Positions 1-8,692 of a DNA stretch of 48,092 nt are shown here, piece after piece. Origin of the DNA: Spirochaetota bacterium (GTDB lineage Bacteria; Spirochaetota; UBA4802; UB4802). The stretch covers positions 1 to 48,092 of the forward strand of contig DAOLVF010000003.1 in assembly GCA_035420565.1 (NCBI GenBank). The letters are read 5' to 3'. The notes below the pieces were generated by a model. The model saw nothing but the letters and a program-made list of their open reading frames with translations. It was not told the DNA's origin and searched no databases. Positions within the stretch are counted from its first letter, which is position 1; the number at the start of each line of letters is the position of its first letter. The translations under genes and the position numbers were made by a program.

Positions 1-363
1 TCCCTTACACCTGTTTATTCTCATCATTGCACTATACAGTAATTACTATCTTCAACTATCATATTTAAAATTATACAATGACTGCTTTTACTACCTTACT
101 CACAAAGATAAACTATTCATTTCAATTACTATGCTATAGCATCACTATTTCTTGTTCATTTCAGTATTTATAAACAAAAATGTCAATTACGTTATTGTTG
201 AAAATATCCCATTTGTTTTCAAGAAAATTTTTGCTTGCTAATATAGAATGGTTAGCTATCATATTACAATACATAGTTAATTACTCTGAATGTAACCAAA
301 ATATGTTTTACTATACTTATTAATACATTTATTACAACAATTATATAATTACTGGAGGGAGTT

Positions 364-1794
364 ATGAAAAGATTTTTAAAATGGCTTGCGATAGTTATTG
401 GTGGATTGATTGCACTGGTTATTATTGCCAGTATTGTTTTAATGCTCATCATCAACAAAGATATGATTGCTCAGCAGGCAGAAAAAGTCCTTAACCGTCA
501 TGTAACCATTGAATCCATTGATGTCAGTATATTCAGTGTGCTTTCTGGCATTGAGGTGAAAGGCGTTGCTATATCCAATTTCAAAACACCGCAACAACTA
601 TCAGCATTAAAGGGAAAACCTGTTGATAAAGCTGATCTTTTTGCAGGGCTTGATTCGTTTACCTTTAAGCTCAAAATCCTTCCATTGTTACAGGGTAAAT
701 TTGAGCTAAGAGAACTTTTACTCAGTGGTCCGAAGGTAAATATTGTACGCTATAAAAGCGGTGCATTTAATTTCTCCGATTTAATGAAACCATCTACAAA
801 AGAAGAGAAAAAAGTAGAAGAGGTTAAAAAAGAAGAACCATCAAAACCTTTAACAGCAGATACATTGCCGGTAAGTATTACCATTGGCAGGATTGGCATA
901 GAAAAAGGAACTGTCACCTTTACCGATCAATCATCAGGGCAAAAGGTAATGCTCTATAATTGCAATGCATTGGTGCACAATATAGAAATTGATCCTAAAG
1001 ATTTAAAGAATAAAAATCAGGTAAAGCTTACCGTAGACATAGGCATCAAGACCATTGGCAAGACAAGTACCGGGAGTGTCGAGTCATTTGATATAGGGCT
1101 ATCTGCAAAAGGCAACGTAAAACCATTTGATCTTAAAACACGTATCTTAAATCCTGAAATAGCGCTTAAAGCGGGAAGCCCCTATGGTACCATGACAGGA
1201 TTACAGATATTTGATGCTATAAAGAGCAATGAAACACTGGCAAACTACGCCGGGAAATTTGATTTCCTGGCAAAGGATGTTAAATGGAAAAACGGCTATA
1301 TTGATATATGGTACAAGGGAGGATTGCTGAAGATCACTAACGGTAAAATAAGCACTGATGATTATGCAGGCAACTTCAAAGCCGACATAAATCTTAACAC
1401 CAGCACAGTTAATGCCGACATTGATATGATCCTCAACGAGAAGCACAATAAGAGTATCTATAACGGTATAAAAGGCAACGCTTCTAAACTTATCAAGGGT
1501 GATGTTGCAAAATATGTAAAACCTGAAAATGTTGCTGATCAAGCCTTCAAATACTTAACCAATAAAGACGGGAAGGTTTACCTTAAATTTGCTGTAACCG
1601 GCCCAATGAATAAACCTAAAACAAAACTTGTAGAACCAAAGCTTCCTTCTTTAAATGATATTATTAAAGATATGGCAGGCGATGTTGTTGATGTTGCTAA
1701 AGAAAAAGCCGTTAAAAAAGTATCACAAACAGTAGAAAAAACAACCGACAAAGCAAAAGATAAAGCTACAAAGAAACTTAAAAAGTTGTTTTAG
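364..1794 (+). CDS. AsmA-family-like membrane-anchored protein
   Basis: The 476-aa ORF has GGAGGG about 5 nt upstream of its ATG. An N-terminal TM anchor (LAIVIGGLIALVIIASIVLMLII) is followed by a segment resembling AsmA N-termini (VTIESIDVSIFSVLSGIEVKGVAISNF). The C-terminal tail is Lys-rich. Confidence 0.55.
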   Translation: MKRFLKWLAIVIGGLIALVIIASIVLMLIINKDMIAQQAEKVLNRHVTIESIDVSIFSVLSGIEVKGVAISNFKTPQQLSALKGKPVDKADLFAGLDSFTFKLKILPLLQGKFELRELLLSGPKVNIVRYKSGAFNFSDLMKPSTKEEKKVEEVKKEEPSKPLTADTLPVSITIGRIGIEKGTVTFTDQSSGQKVMLYNCNALVHNIEIDPKDLKNKNQVKLTVDIGIKTIGKTSTGSVESFDIGLSAKGNVKPFDLKTRILNPEIALKAGSPYGTMTGLQIFDAIKSNETLANYAGKFDFLAKDVKWKNGYIDIWYKGGLLKITNGKISTDDYAGNFKADINLNTSTVNADIDMILNEKHNKSIYNGIKGNASKLIKGDVAKYVKPENVADQAFKYLTNKDGKVYLKFAVTGPMNKPKTKLVEPKLPSLNDIIKDMAGDVVDVAKEKAVKKVSQTVEKTTDKAKDKATKKLKKLF

Positions 1795-1800
1795 ATCAAA

Positions 1801-1849
1801 CCTCATCATTACTCCCTCTCCTTTTTTTAAGGAGAGGGCGATAATGAGG
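1801..1849. terminator. Hairpin terminator between convergent genes
   Basis: The sequence CCTCATCATTACTCCCTCTCC-TTTTTTTAA-GGAGAGGGCGATAATGAGG has a perfect 8-bp inner stem (CCCTCTCC/GGAGAGGG) plus outer pairing, with a T/A-rich loop and flanks. It lies between the stop codons at 1794 (+) and 1858 (-). Confidence 0.6.
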
Positions 1850-1857
1850 GTTCATTA

Positions 1858-2676
1858 TTATTTCCCGGTAAAGTTTGGCTTTCGCTTCTGAGCAAATGCC
1901 GTAAAGGCTTCAAATAGATCATCAGAAGGAATGATGTTGGCACTTATTGATGCTACATATTTTAATGCCTCATCAGTAGTTTTACCAATACCAAAGTTTA
2001 ATACATCCTTTGATGCCTGTACCGCTAATGGTGAATTTTCAGCAATCTCCATAGCCATCTTCTCAGCCCCTGCATACAGTGCCTTTTGATCAGCAAACAC
2101 TTCATTAATTAACGATATCTCTTTTGCACGCTGTGCGGTAATATATTTTGCGGTATAGGCTAACTCACGTGTAATGCCCTGACCAACAATGTGAGGGAGG
2201 CGCTGCAAAACACCAACATCAGCCACAAATCCTACCGCAGCTTCACGAAGGCTAAACTGTGCATCAGCACTTGCCAGCCTGATATCACACGAGGCTATCA
2301 TATCTAGCCCGGCACCAATGCAGTATCCATGCACTGCGGCAATAACCGGTTTACGGCATTTTTCAATGCATGTCATGGTGTCCTGCATTCTATAAATTTT
2401 CTGTAACAGGCTTCGCTTAATCCCTCCTTTCTGGGATGGTTCGGCAAGCTCTTTTATTTCACCAGCCATCTCAATCAAATCAATCCCAACCGTAAAGGAT
2501 GCCCCTTTAGCAGCTAAGACAATAACTCGTATATCATCATCAGCATCCAGCTCTTTAAACACAGACGGCGACTCCCACCACGCTGCAGGATTCATAGCAT
2601 TTTTCTTTTCAGGCCTGTTCAAAAAGACCCATGCAACCGGCGGCTTTTTCTCTACTAAATAATATTTGTATTCCAT
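1858..2676 (-). CDS. Enoyl-CoA hydratase/isomerase (crotonase) family protein, dienoyl-CoA-isomerase-like
   Basis: The 272-aa ORF shows crotonase-fold hallmarks: VAWVFLNRPEKKNAMN, FTVGIDL, and VIAAVHGYCIGAGLDMIASCDIRLAS. Confidence 0.85.
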   Translation of the reverse strand: MEYKYYLVEKKPPVAWVFLNRPEKKNAMNPAAWWESPSVFKELDADDDIRVIVLAAKGASFTVGIDLIEMAGEIKELAEPSQKGGIKRSLLQKIYRMQDTMTCIEKCRKPVIAAVHGYCIGAGLDMIASCDIRLASADAQFSLREAAVGFVADVGVLQRLPHIVGQGITRELAYTAKYITAQRAKEISLINEVFADQKALYAGAEKMAMEIAENSPLAVQASKDVLNFGIGKTTDEALKYVASISANIIPSDDLFEAFTAFAQKRKPNFTGK

Positions 2677-3150
2677 AGTCTATACCCCTATTACAATATT
2701 TATGAACATAGTAATCACCATGCATTTATTTATCAATTAAAAATTACACTGTTATGTTTTATTGTGTTCGATAGTTACTATCAACAAATACAGATTATAA
2801 TTATGAATATGTTTATATTCCTTAAAAAATATTTTTTTGCATTTTTTTATTTACCTATAGATTTTCAATTTTCAAAAAGAAAAATATTCAATGTACTGCT
2901 TCTATGAAACGCTATAGTAATGGATTTACAGCAATAAGAACAATGTTTATTCATAAAATTAGCTGCGTTATAAATTTCTCTGAGGAATAATCTACACCAA
3001 TAATACATCTTTATAATAATGTTCCACAAGAAAGTTCTATAAGGCATGATTATTTGTGAATAAACTTTTTTAAATTCTTAATTTACAAATTGATTACATA
3101 CAGGAACTTTTGAGTGCCATAGAGGAAAAGAAAGAGTATAAGGGTTCACA

Positions 3151-3255
3151 ATGAATTTTGAATCGATAATCCAGCATTTTGGGTATCTTGCCATAGTCAT
3201 AGGTATCTTTCTTGAAGGAGGAATGATATGGACAATACTGAAAAACCTCTTATAA
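3151..3255 (+). pseudogene. Remnant of a DedA-family membrane protein (N-terminal 34 codons only)
   Basis: The ATG at 3151 gives MNFESIIQHFGYLAIVIGIFLEGGMIWTILKNLL*. The segment GYLAIVIGIFLEG matches the conserved DedA N-terminal motif (G...f...fLEg). The ORF then runs out of frame into the next gene. Its LEGG codons (GAAGGAGGA) also serve as the Shine-Dalgarno sequence of the dehydrogenase gene. Confidence 0.4.
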
Positions 3256-4220
3256 CAATAAGCTTTAACTTAAATGCTGAAGAAAAAGATCGTATAGAGT
3301 CTGTTCTGTCTCCCATTGCAAGGATTATTTATATAAAAGACCTCAACGCTGATGAACGCGCAAAATTGTTGCAAACATCCCATGTTGTGCTGGCATGGGC
3401 ACCACACAGTGAATTTTCACCAGCTGAAATTACCTTGCTGGAAAAAGTAAAGTTTATGCAACTTTTGTCTGCTGGCGCTGATCATCTTGACTTCAGCCGT
3501 CTGCCAGCAAACCTGACAGTGGCAAGCAATGTAGGAGCCTACGCCCAACCAATGGCTGAACACGTTCTTGCTATGGTGCTGGCTTTGAGCAAGAGACTCT
3601 ATATCCATCATGAAAAGTTAAAGCAAGGAATTTTTGACCAATTTTCGGAAAACAGAGCATTGTCCGGCACCACCGCAGCTATACTGGGTTTTGGCGGGAT
3701 TGGTAGAGAGGTGGCAAGGCTTTTCAAGCCTTTTAACATGCATATCCTTGCCATTAACCGTAGTGGCAAAAGTCCTGATCCGGCTGAATTTTTAGGTACA
3801 CCTGATGATATGGGCAAGGTATTACCACTTGCCGACATCATTGTCATCACATTGCCCTTAAACCGTGCAACGCGAGGGCTTATTGGCGAGCGTGAATTTA
3901 AACTCATGAAACCAGATTCAATTTTGGTTAACGTAGGCCGCGGGGAAATTATCGACGAAGGAGCATTTTACCATCACCTTAAAAATACTCCAACCTTTAT
4001 GGCCGGGATTGATGCATGGTGGACTGAACCGTTTCGACACGGTCATTTTGAGATGAAGTATCCCTTCCTTGATCTGCCAAATGTGCTTGGCACACCTCAT
4101 AATTCAGCACTTGTGCATGGTGCACTTGCTACAGCAGCACAAAAAGCTGCGCAAAACATCAGGCGATTTTTGCTATCAGAAGCCATTACGGGGCTTGTAC
4201 GCCCTGAAGACTATGAATAG
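3228..4220 (+). CDS. D-isomer-specific 2-hydroxyacid dehydrogenase family protein (NAD-binding)
   Basis: The 330-aa ORF has a strong RBS (GAAGGAGGAA). It carries the Rossmann motif GFGGIGREVARLF and the catalytic-region motifs NVGRGEIID and GTPHNSA. Confidence 0.85.
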   Translation: MDNTEKPLITISFNLNAEEKDRIESVLSPIARIIYIKDLNADERAKLLQTSHVVLAWAPHSEFSPAEITLLEKVKFMQLLSAGADHLDFSRLPANLTVASNVGAYAQPMAEHVLAMVLALSKRLYIHHEKLKQGIFDQFSENRALSGTTAAILGFGGIGREVARLFKPFNMHILAINRSGKSPDPAEFLGTPDDMGKVLPLADIIVITLPLNRATRGLIGEREFKLMKPDSILVNVGRGEIIDEGAFYHHLKNTPTFMAGIDAWWTEPFRHGHFEMKYPFLDLPNVLGTPHNSALVHGALATAAQKAAQNIRRFLLSEAITGLVRPEDYE

Positions 4221-4226
4221 GCAGTC

Positions 4227-4254
4227 TTGACAGGGAAATATAAACTGGTATAAA
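4227..4254 (+). promoter_or_regulatory. Sigma70-type promoter with extended -10, upstream of the cyclase gene
   Basis: TTGACA (4227-4232) is followed by a 16-nt spacer ending in TGg, then TATAAA (4249-4254). The site is about 150 nt upstream of the ATG at 4403. Confidence 0.4.
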
Positions 4255-4402
4255 GTAATGCAATCACATTTCAGGATTAAAAATCAACCTTGTGTAGTCT
4301 GCATCAACCACAGCTGCCTTTATACCAAAAACATTTTTCTATTGCAATAGTATTGATTATACTGTAATATCATATAAATATTGTATTACAGGATAATCCA
4401 TT

Positions 4403-6460
4403 ATGAATAATACCACTCTTGTATCAGTAACTATCGCCATGATTTTTTCTTGTTCTTCTCTGGCTTATAGCGCTGAGGCTACCTATGACATGCGTAATCT
4501 AAAATTTGACACTACAACAACCTATGCCATTAAAGCACAATGGCTATTCTGGTGGAATCAGATCATTGACCCTGTATCTATTGATGACAACAAAGCGCCT
4601 CAACCTACCGATATCGTTATGATGCCGCAACACTGGACCGACTACAAGCTCAATGGCACCTTGCTCCCTGCAAAAGGATGTGCAACCTATGCACTGAAGA
4701 TACTCCTTCCTGATAATGCCATCTATGGGATTTATTTAGACCACATGGTCACAGCGTACCGATTGTACATCAACGGTGTTGAGGTTGCAAATAACGGGAA
4801 GGTGTCAAAGAATCTGTCAGCAATGCGTAACGAATGCAGGCACCAGGCAATATATTTTACTCCAAAAAATAAAACTGCATTGTGCGTGCTGCAAATCAGT
4901 AACCGGGACTATCGCACCGCTGGTATGTGGCACCCCCTCATTGTTGGTAAAGATAGAGCAATACTTGCGCACTACAACACTAAAGTCATAAGCGATCTTT
5001 TTCTGTTTGGCGCAATCCTCATCATTGGTTTATACAACATAGCATTGTTTCTTTTCCGAACCAGGGACAGGGCTCCACTGTGGTTTGGGTTATTTTGTTT
5101 AACAGTATGTGCCCGCATTGCAGCTACCGGCAGTACAACCATTGCCAATATATTTCCGGGATTCCCATGGGAGTTGCAGATCAAAATGGAATTGAGTGTA
5201 TTTTATTTAGGCAGTCTTTTCTTTGGACTTTTTTTCCATGAAATTTATCCCATGGAAATAAAAAAGAAACATCTGCAATTCTTCAACGGCATTTTTATAC
5301 TGCTGACAGTGCTGGCAATAACCACACCGGTTTCATTTTTTAATAGGTTGGTACCTTATATGCAAATAGCAGTTATGGCAGGACTTTCATATATTCTTGT
5401 TTGTCTTATCATTGCAGCATTACGCAAACGTCCGCATATACACTATTTCCTTGCAGGGTTTGTGCTATTTATGGTAACAGCCGTTAATGACATCCTCTAT
5501 GCAAAAAATATATTGCCAACCATGTATATTCTTCCTGCAGGATTGTTTGTTTTTATATTTACCCAGGCTATTGCTATTGCACGCATCTTTTCATTTTCTT
5601 TTTTGCAGGTTGAGCATCTTTCCGCACATCTTAGCGATCTCAACATATCGCTTGAACGCTTTGTTCCGCATGAATTTTTATCATTTTTGCAAAAACAGAG
5701 CATCCTTGATGTGCAGCTTGGCGACCAGACGCTCAAAGACATTACCATCCTCTTTGCAGATATTCGTTCGTTTACCACGTTATCCGAAAAAATGTCTCCG
5801 GAAGAAACATTCAAATTTTTAAATTCGTACCTTAACCGTATCGGGCCAATTATACGCAGCCATAACGGTTTTATTGATAAATACATAGGGGATGGCATCA
5901 TGGCGCTTTTCCCGCAATCTCCTCAAGACGCATTGAATGCGGCGATAGCCATGGTAAAACGTATTGCTGAATATAATGACGAGCGTAAAAAATATCAGCT
6001 TTCACCCATCAGTATTGGAATAGGTATTCACACCGGCAGCGCTATCTTAGGAATAATTGGCGAAACCATGCGTATTGAAAGTACCGTTATATCCGACACA
6101 GTAAACCTATCAAGCCGTATAGAGAGCTTAACAAAACATTTTCGCACCACCATACTTGTTTCAGGTGACGTCTACGAACAGGTAAAAGACATTCCAGAAT
6201 ATAACTTCCGCTACATCAGTAAGGTAATAGTAAAGGGAAAATCCCAACCAACAAAAGTTTATGAGGTATTATCCATGTATCCGGATGATGCAGTGGCGCT
6301 GTTTACATCTACAAAGGAGCAATTCAAGAAGGCTTTAACCCTCTATAACAAAAAACAGTATACTGAAGCGCTTCACATCTTTAAAGAGATTGCATTAAAA
6401 AACCCCTGCGACATGATTACAAAAAATTTTATAGAGGACATGGAAGAAAAAAAGGACTAG
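4403..6460 (+). CDS. 7TMR-DISM sensor adenylate/guanylate cyclase (class III)
   Basis: The 685-aa ORF has a signal/extracellular N-domain and about 7 TM helices (residues about 195-400). The class III cyclase catalytic domain shows ITILFADIRSFTTLSE and DKYIGDGIMALF. The C-terminal tail is TPR-like. Confidence 0.85.
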   Translation: MNNTTLVSVTIAMIFSCSSLAYSAEATYDMRNLKFDTTTTYAIKAQWLFWWNQIIDPVSIDDNKAPQPTDIVMMPQHWTDYKLNGTLLPAKGCATYALKILLPDNAIYGIYLDHMVTAYRLYINGVEVANNGKVSKNLSAMRNECRHQAIYFTPKNKTALCVLQISNRDYRTAGMWHPLIVGKDRAILAHYNTKVISDLFLFGAILIIGLYNIALFLFRTRDRAPLWFGLFCLTVCARIAATGSTTIANIFPGFPWELQIKMELSVFYLGSLFFGLFFHEIYPMEIKKKHLQFFNGIFILLTVLAITTPVSFFNRLVPYMQIAVMAGLSYILVCLIIAALRKRPHIHYFLAGFVLFMVTAVNDILYAKNILPTMYILPAGLFVFIFTQAIAIARIFSFSFLQVEHLSAHLSDLNISLERFVPHEFLSFLQKQSILDVQLGDQTLKDITILFADIRSFTTLSEKMSPEETFKFLNSYLNRIGPIIRSHNGFIDKYIGDGIMALFPQSPQDALNAAIAMVKRIAEYNDERKKYQLSPISIGIGIHTGSAILGIIGETMRIESTVISDTVNLSSRIESLTKHFRTTILVSGDVYEQVKDIPEYNFRYISKVIVKGKSQPTKVYEVLSMYPDDAVALFTSTKEQFKKALTLYNKKQYTEALHIFKEIALKNPCDMITKNFIEDMEEKKD

Positions 6461-6501
6461 GAAAACAGTACAGGCAGGGTTTCCCTGCCTGTACTGTTTT
6501 C
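6461..6501. terminator. Rho-independent bidirectional terminator
   Basis: GAAAACAGTACAGGCAGGG-TTT-CCCTGCCTGTACTGTTTTC forms a perfect 19-bp stem flanked by A and T runs. It lies between convergent stops at 6460 and 6534. Confidence 0.85.
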
Positions 6502-6533
6502 TAAGCTGTTAGCTATAAAAATGCATGTCTATA

Positions 6534-7136
6534 CTATATCCCCGTTGAACGGGTGCGTGTACCTATACCAACATACACAGCATAATCATAGTTGTTATCA
6601 ATATCACCAACATCTTCAAACTGGTTTTTGGTAAGGTTCCAGCCAAATCGTGCCTGAACATCCAGATAAACAGCCTCGGCGATGGGGGTCATCCAGCCTG
6701 CAACAGCGTTGACCCACAGGTCAACCTCTTTGTCAGGTTCATCAACACCTGAAGGTGTATCTGCACTCATCATGTACCGGGCAGAAATTCCAGGACCAAT
6801 GTATAAGCCGCCGGCAGCTATAAATTTTAATGAAATCATTGGCGAAAGGTAATAAAAAACAAAGTCGCTATCATCATCATTTACCAAACGTGCCCATTCC
6901 AGTGAAACTCCCAGCAACCATCCACCTAAGTTCAGGTTATACTCACCTTCTATTGCTATACCATTATTTTCCAAATTATCACCTATGACCGGTAAATTCT
7001 TATCAAAATTCACTGTATTCCACTGATAGCCTACACGCAAAAAAGCAACATCATCAGTTAGTTCCTGTGCCAGTAATCCAGTAGTCATACATGCCATGCA
7101 TAAAGCCATGATACACAACGACAATTTTTTAACCAT
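6534..7136 (-). CDS. Small outer-membrane beta-barrel protein (OMP_b-brl-like)
   Basis: The 200-aa ORF has an AGGAGG RBS and a signal peptide (MVKKLSLCIMALCMACMTTGLLAQE). It shows alternating hydrophobic/aromatic beta-strand periodicity with Gly/Asp-rich turns. Confidence 0.6.
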   Translation of the reverse strand: MVKKLSLCIMALCMACMTTGLLAQELTDDVAFLRVGYQWNTVNFDKNLPVIGDNLENNGIAIEGEYNLNLGGWLLGVSLEWARLVNDDDSDFVFYYLSPMISLKFIAAGGLYIGPGISARYMMSADTPSGVDEPDKEVDLWVNAVAGWMTPIAEAVYLDVQARFGWNLTKNQFEDVGDIDNNYDYAVYVGIGTRTRSTGI

Positions 7137-7394
7137 TGAAAACCTCCTGAAATAATATAATCTTTACTCATCTTTGTTTTATGTATCATAAAACAAAATG
7201 TAATAATAGAGATTTCGCATTATAGCAATTAGTATATATGAAAATCAAGCCTTATTTTTATTCATACACCTTTTTTTACCGATACATTGGCCTTACTTAT
7301 TTATGCTCATGGTATTAATGTTATTTTAGTAAATAGCCTATTTGACATGCTTTTGATGAATGGTCATTGTTGATTAAAAAATTGGTTTTTTAAT

Positions 7395-7880
7395 CTATGG
7401 CTTACATCGGGCATATTTTCGTGGCAATCCCCAATAAAATCGGCAGCAATGAACACCTTCTTTAGTATCATATTCAAATAGGTAGCTTCTATTTATCTCG
7501 TAAACCAGATAGTTATCGATATCCCCTTCCCTTTCTGCTTCAATCAAGTTATTTAAAAATTGTACAAACTCATCCAGCACATTTTCAACACAAAACGCAA
7601 TTGCCCTTGCAACACTCATTTTCCATATTTTCTTAACATCCAGTAAATACTCATACTCCTTAAATGCTAAATATAAATGCACCCTCTTCCACGGATTAAG
7701 CTTGTTCCTGCTTCTATATGAAATACCTTTAAACGCTTTTGCTGGTGCTTTTTCTTTTTTTGCGGCATAGATAAGAAGGTATACAATACATGAGTGAAGA
7801 GGCATATTAAATTTATCTGCTAAACTATAAAGTGTGTTTAAATGTTCATACGAAATACAAGTAGTGGTTTCAAAATCCAT
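7395..7880 (-). CDS. Hypothetical protein (no confident family; faint resemblance to DUF1564-type proteins)
   Basis: The 161-aa ORF has an AGGAG RBS 8 nt upstream. I recognised no known catalytic motif. Confidence 0.5.
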   Translation of the reverse strand: MDFETTTCISYEHLNTLYSLADKFNMPLHSCIVYLLIYAAKKEKAPAKAFKGISYRSRNKLNPWKRVHLYLAFKEYEYLLDVKKIWKMSVARAIAFCVENVLDEFVQFLNNLIEAEREGDIDNYLVYEINRSYLFEYDTKEGVHCCRFYWGLPRKYARCKP

Positions 7881-8000
7881 GGTACAATCTCCTATATACT
7901 ATATACTATTATTTTTCTATTTATAATGGTAGACTATAAAATAACATCATATTATTCAACTATATTTTAATACTATATATTTTATTGGTGTATTGATTAT

Positions 8001-8294
8001 TTATGCAATTGCATCAAAAAAAGTACCGGGAATTGTATACTGCATGTTTTTCTGTATAAATGCATTGTTTGTATACAGCGGCTCTTTATTGTCATGTATC
8101 TGTGAAAGTAAGCGAGCATGTTCATCCGGGGTTGGTTTTACATACTGTACATTATTTTCTAACCGCCGTGCAATGCCTTTGATTGGGGTAACGCGCGTAT
8201 CATCATATACAGGCCAAACCATCATCGTTGACTTTGGCTGTGACGAAACCGCCGATGGTAGTGAAAATAGTGATAATCCTTCAGAGATTCTCAT
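8001..8294 (-). CDS. Hypothetical ORF or gene fragment (weak call)
   Basis: The 97-aa ORF has protein-like composition but no obvious RBS. It is mirrored by a TTG-initiated ORF on the plus strand and lies in a spacer with other degraded reading frames. Confidence 0.3.
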   Translation of the reverse strand: MRISEGLSLFSLPSAVSSQPKSTMMVWPVYDDTRVTPIKGIARRLENNVQYVKPTPDEHARLLSQIHDNKEPLYTNNAFIQKNMQYTIPGTFFDAIA

Positions 8295-8371
8295 AGAGTA
8301 ACTATCGGCATAACAGTATCAAAAATGAAGCCAATTATTTTATAATGGTTTCTGTTTCATCAACGGTACCG

Positions 8372-8611
8372 TTAAGGAACCATGTTATAGTTTCTTTGCA
8401 TAATTTCCTTTAACCCCTTCAACTCTCTGACATGGGCAGGACCATGTACAACTTCATCCATTTTGTTATCAGAAACTATTATTCCATGGGTACCATACAA
8501 TACTGTTGCCTATTCCATACAATGGGATAAAGTTTGTCTATCACCATGTGCACCTTTCTTCATCAAATTATATACAATATCATCAACCAGCACTGCAATT
8601 TTTTTAGTCAA
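8372..8611 (-). pseudogene. Interrupted reading frame (one in-frame TAG), unidentified
   Basis: A single frame reads (TTG)TKKIAVLVDDIVYNLMKKGAHGDRQTLSHCME-TAG(8510-8512)-ATVLYGTHGIIVSDNKMDEVVHGPAHVRELKGLKEIMQRNYNMVP-TAA. There is no ATG start. Confidence 0.25.
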
Positions 8612-8692
8612 TTATACGTTATTATAGTTATTATTAGATTCAACAATATTCCCCAAAAATATGATCATCAATACTGATGTACATCGTTTATT

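Noticed and set aside
1681-1794. The Lys/Glu/Ala-rich C-terminal tail of the AsmA-like protein, considered as a nucleotide repeat.
   Set aside because: It is low-complexity coding sequence (KEKAVKKV..KAKDKATKKLKK) without a defined repeat unit.
7993-8301. A plus-strand 102-aa ORF that mirrors the minus-strand ORF at 8001-8294.
   Set aside because: It starts at a TTG, has a Cys/Phe-rich low-complexity sequence and lacks an RBS. It is most likely the antisense shadow of the already weak minus-strand frame.
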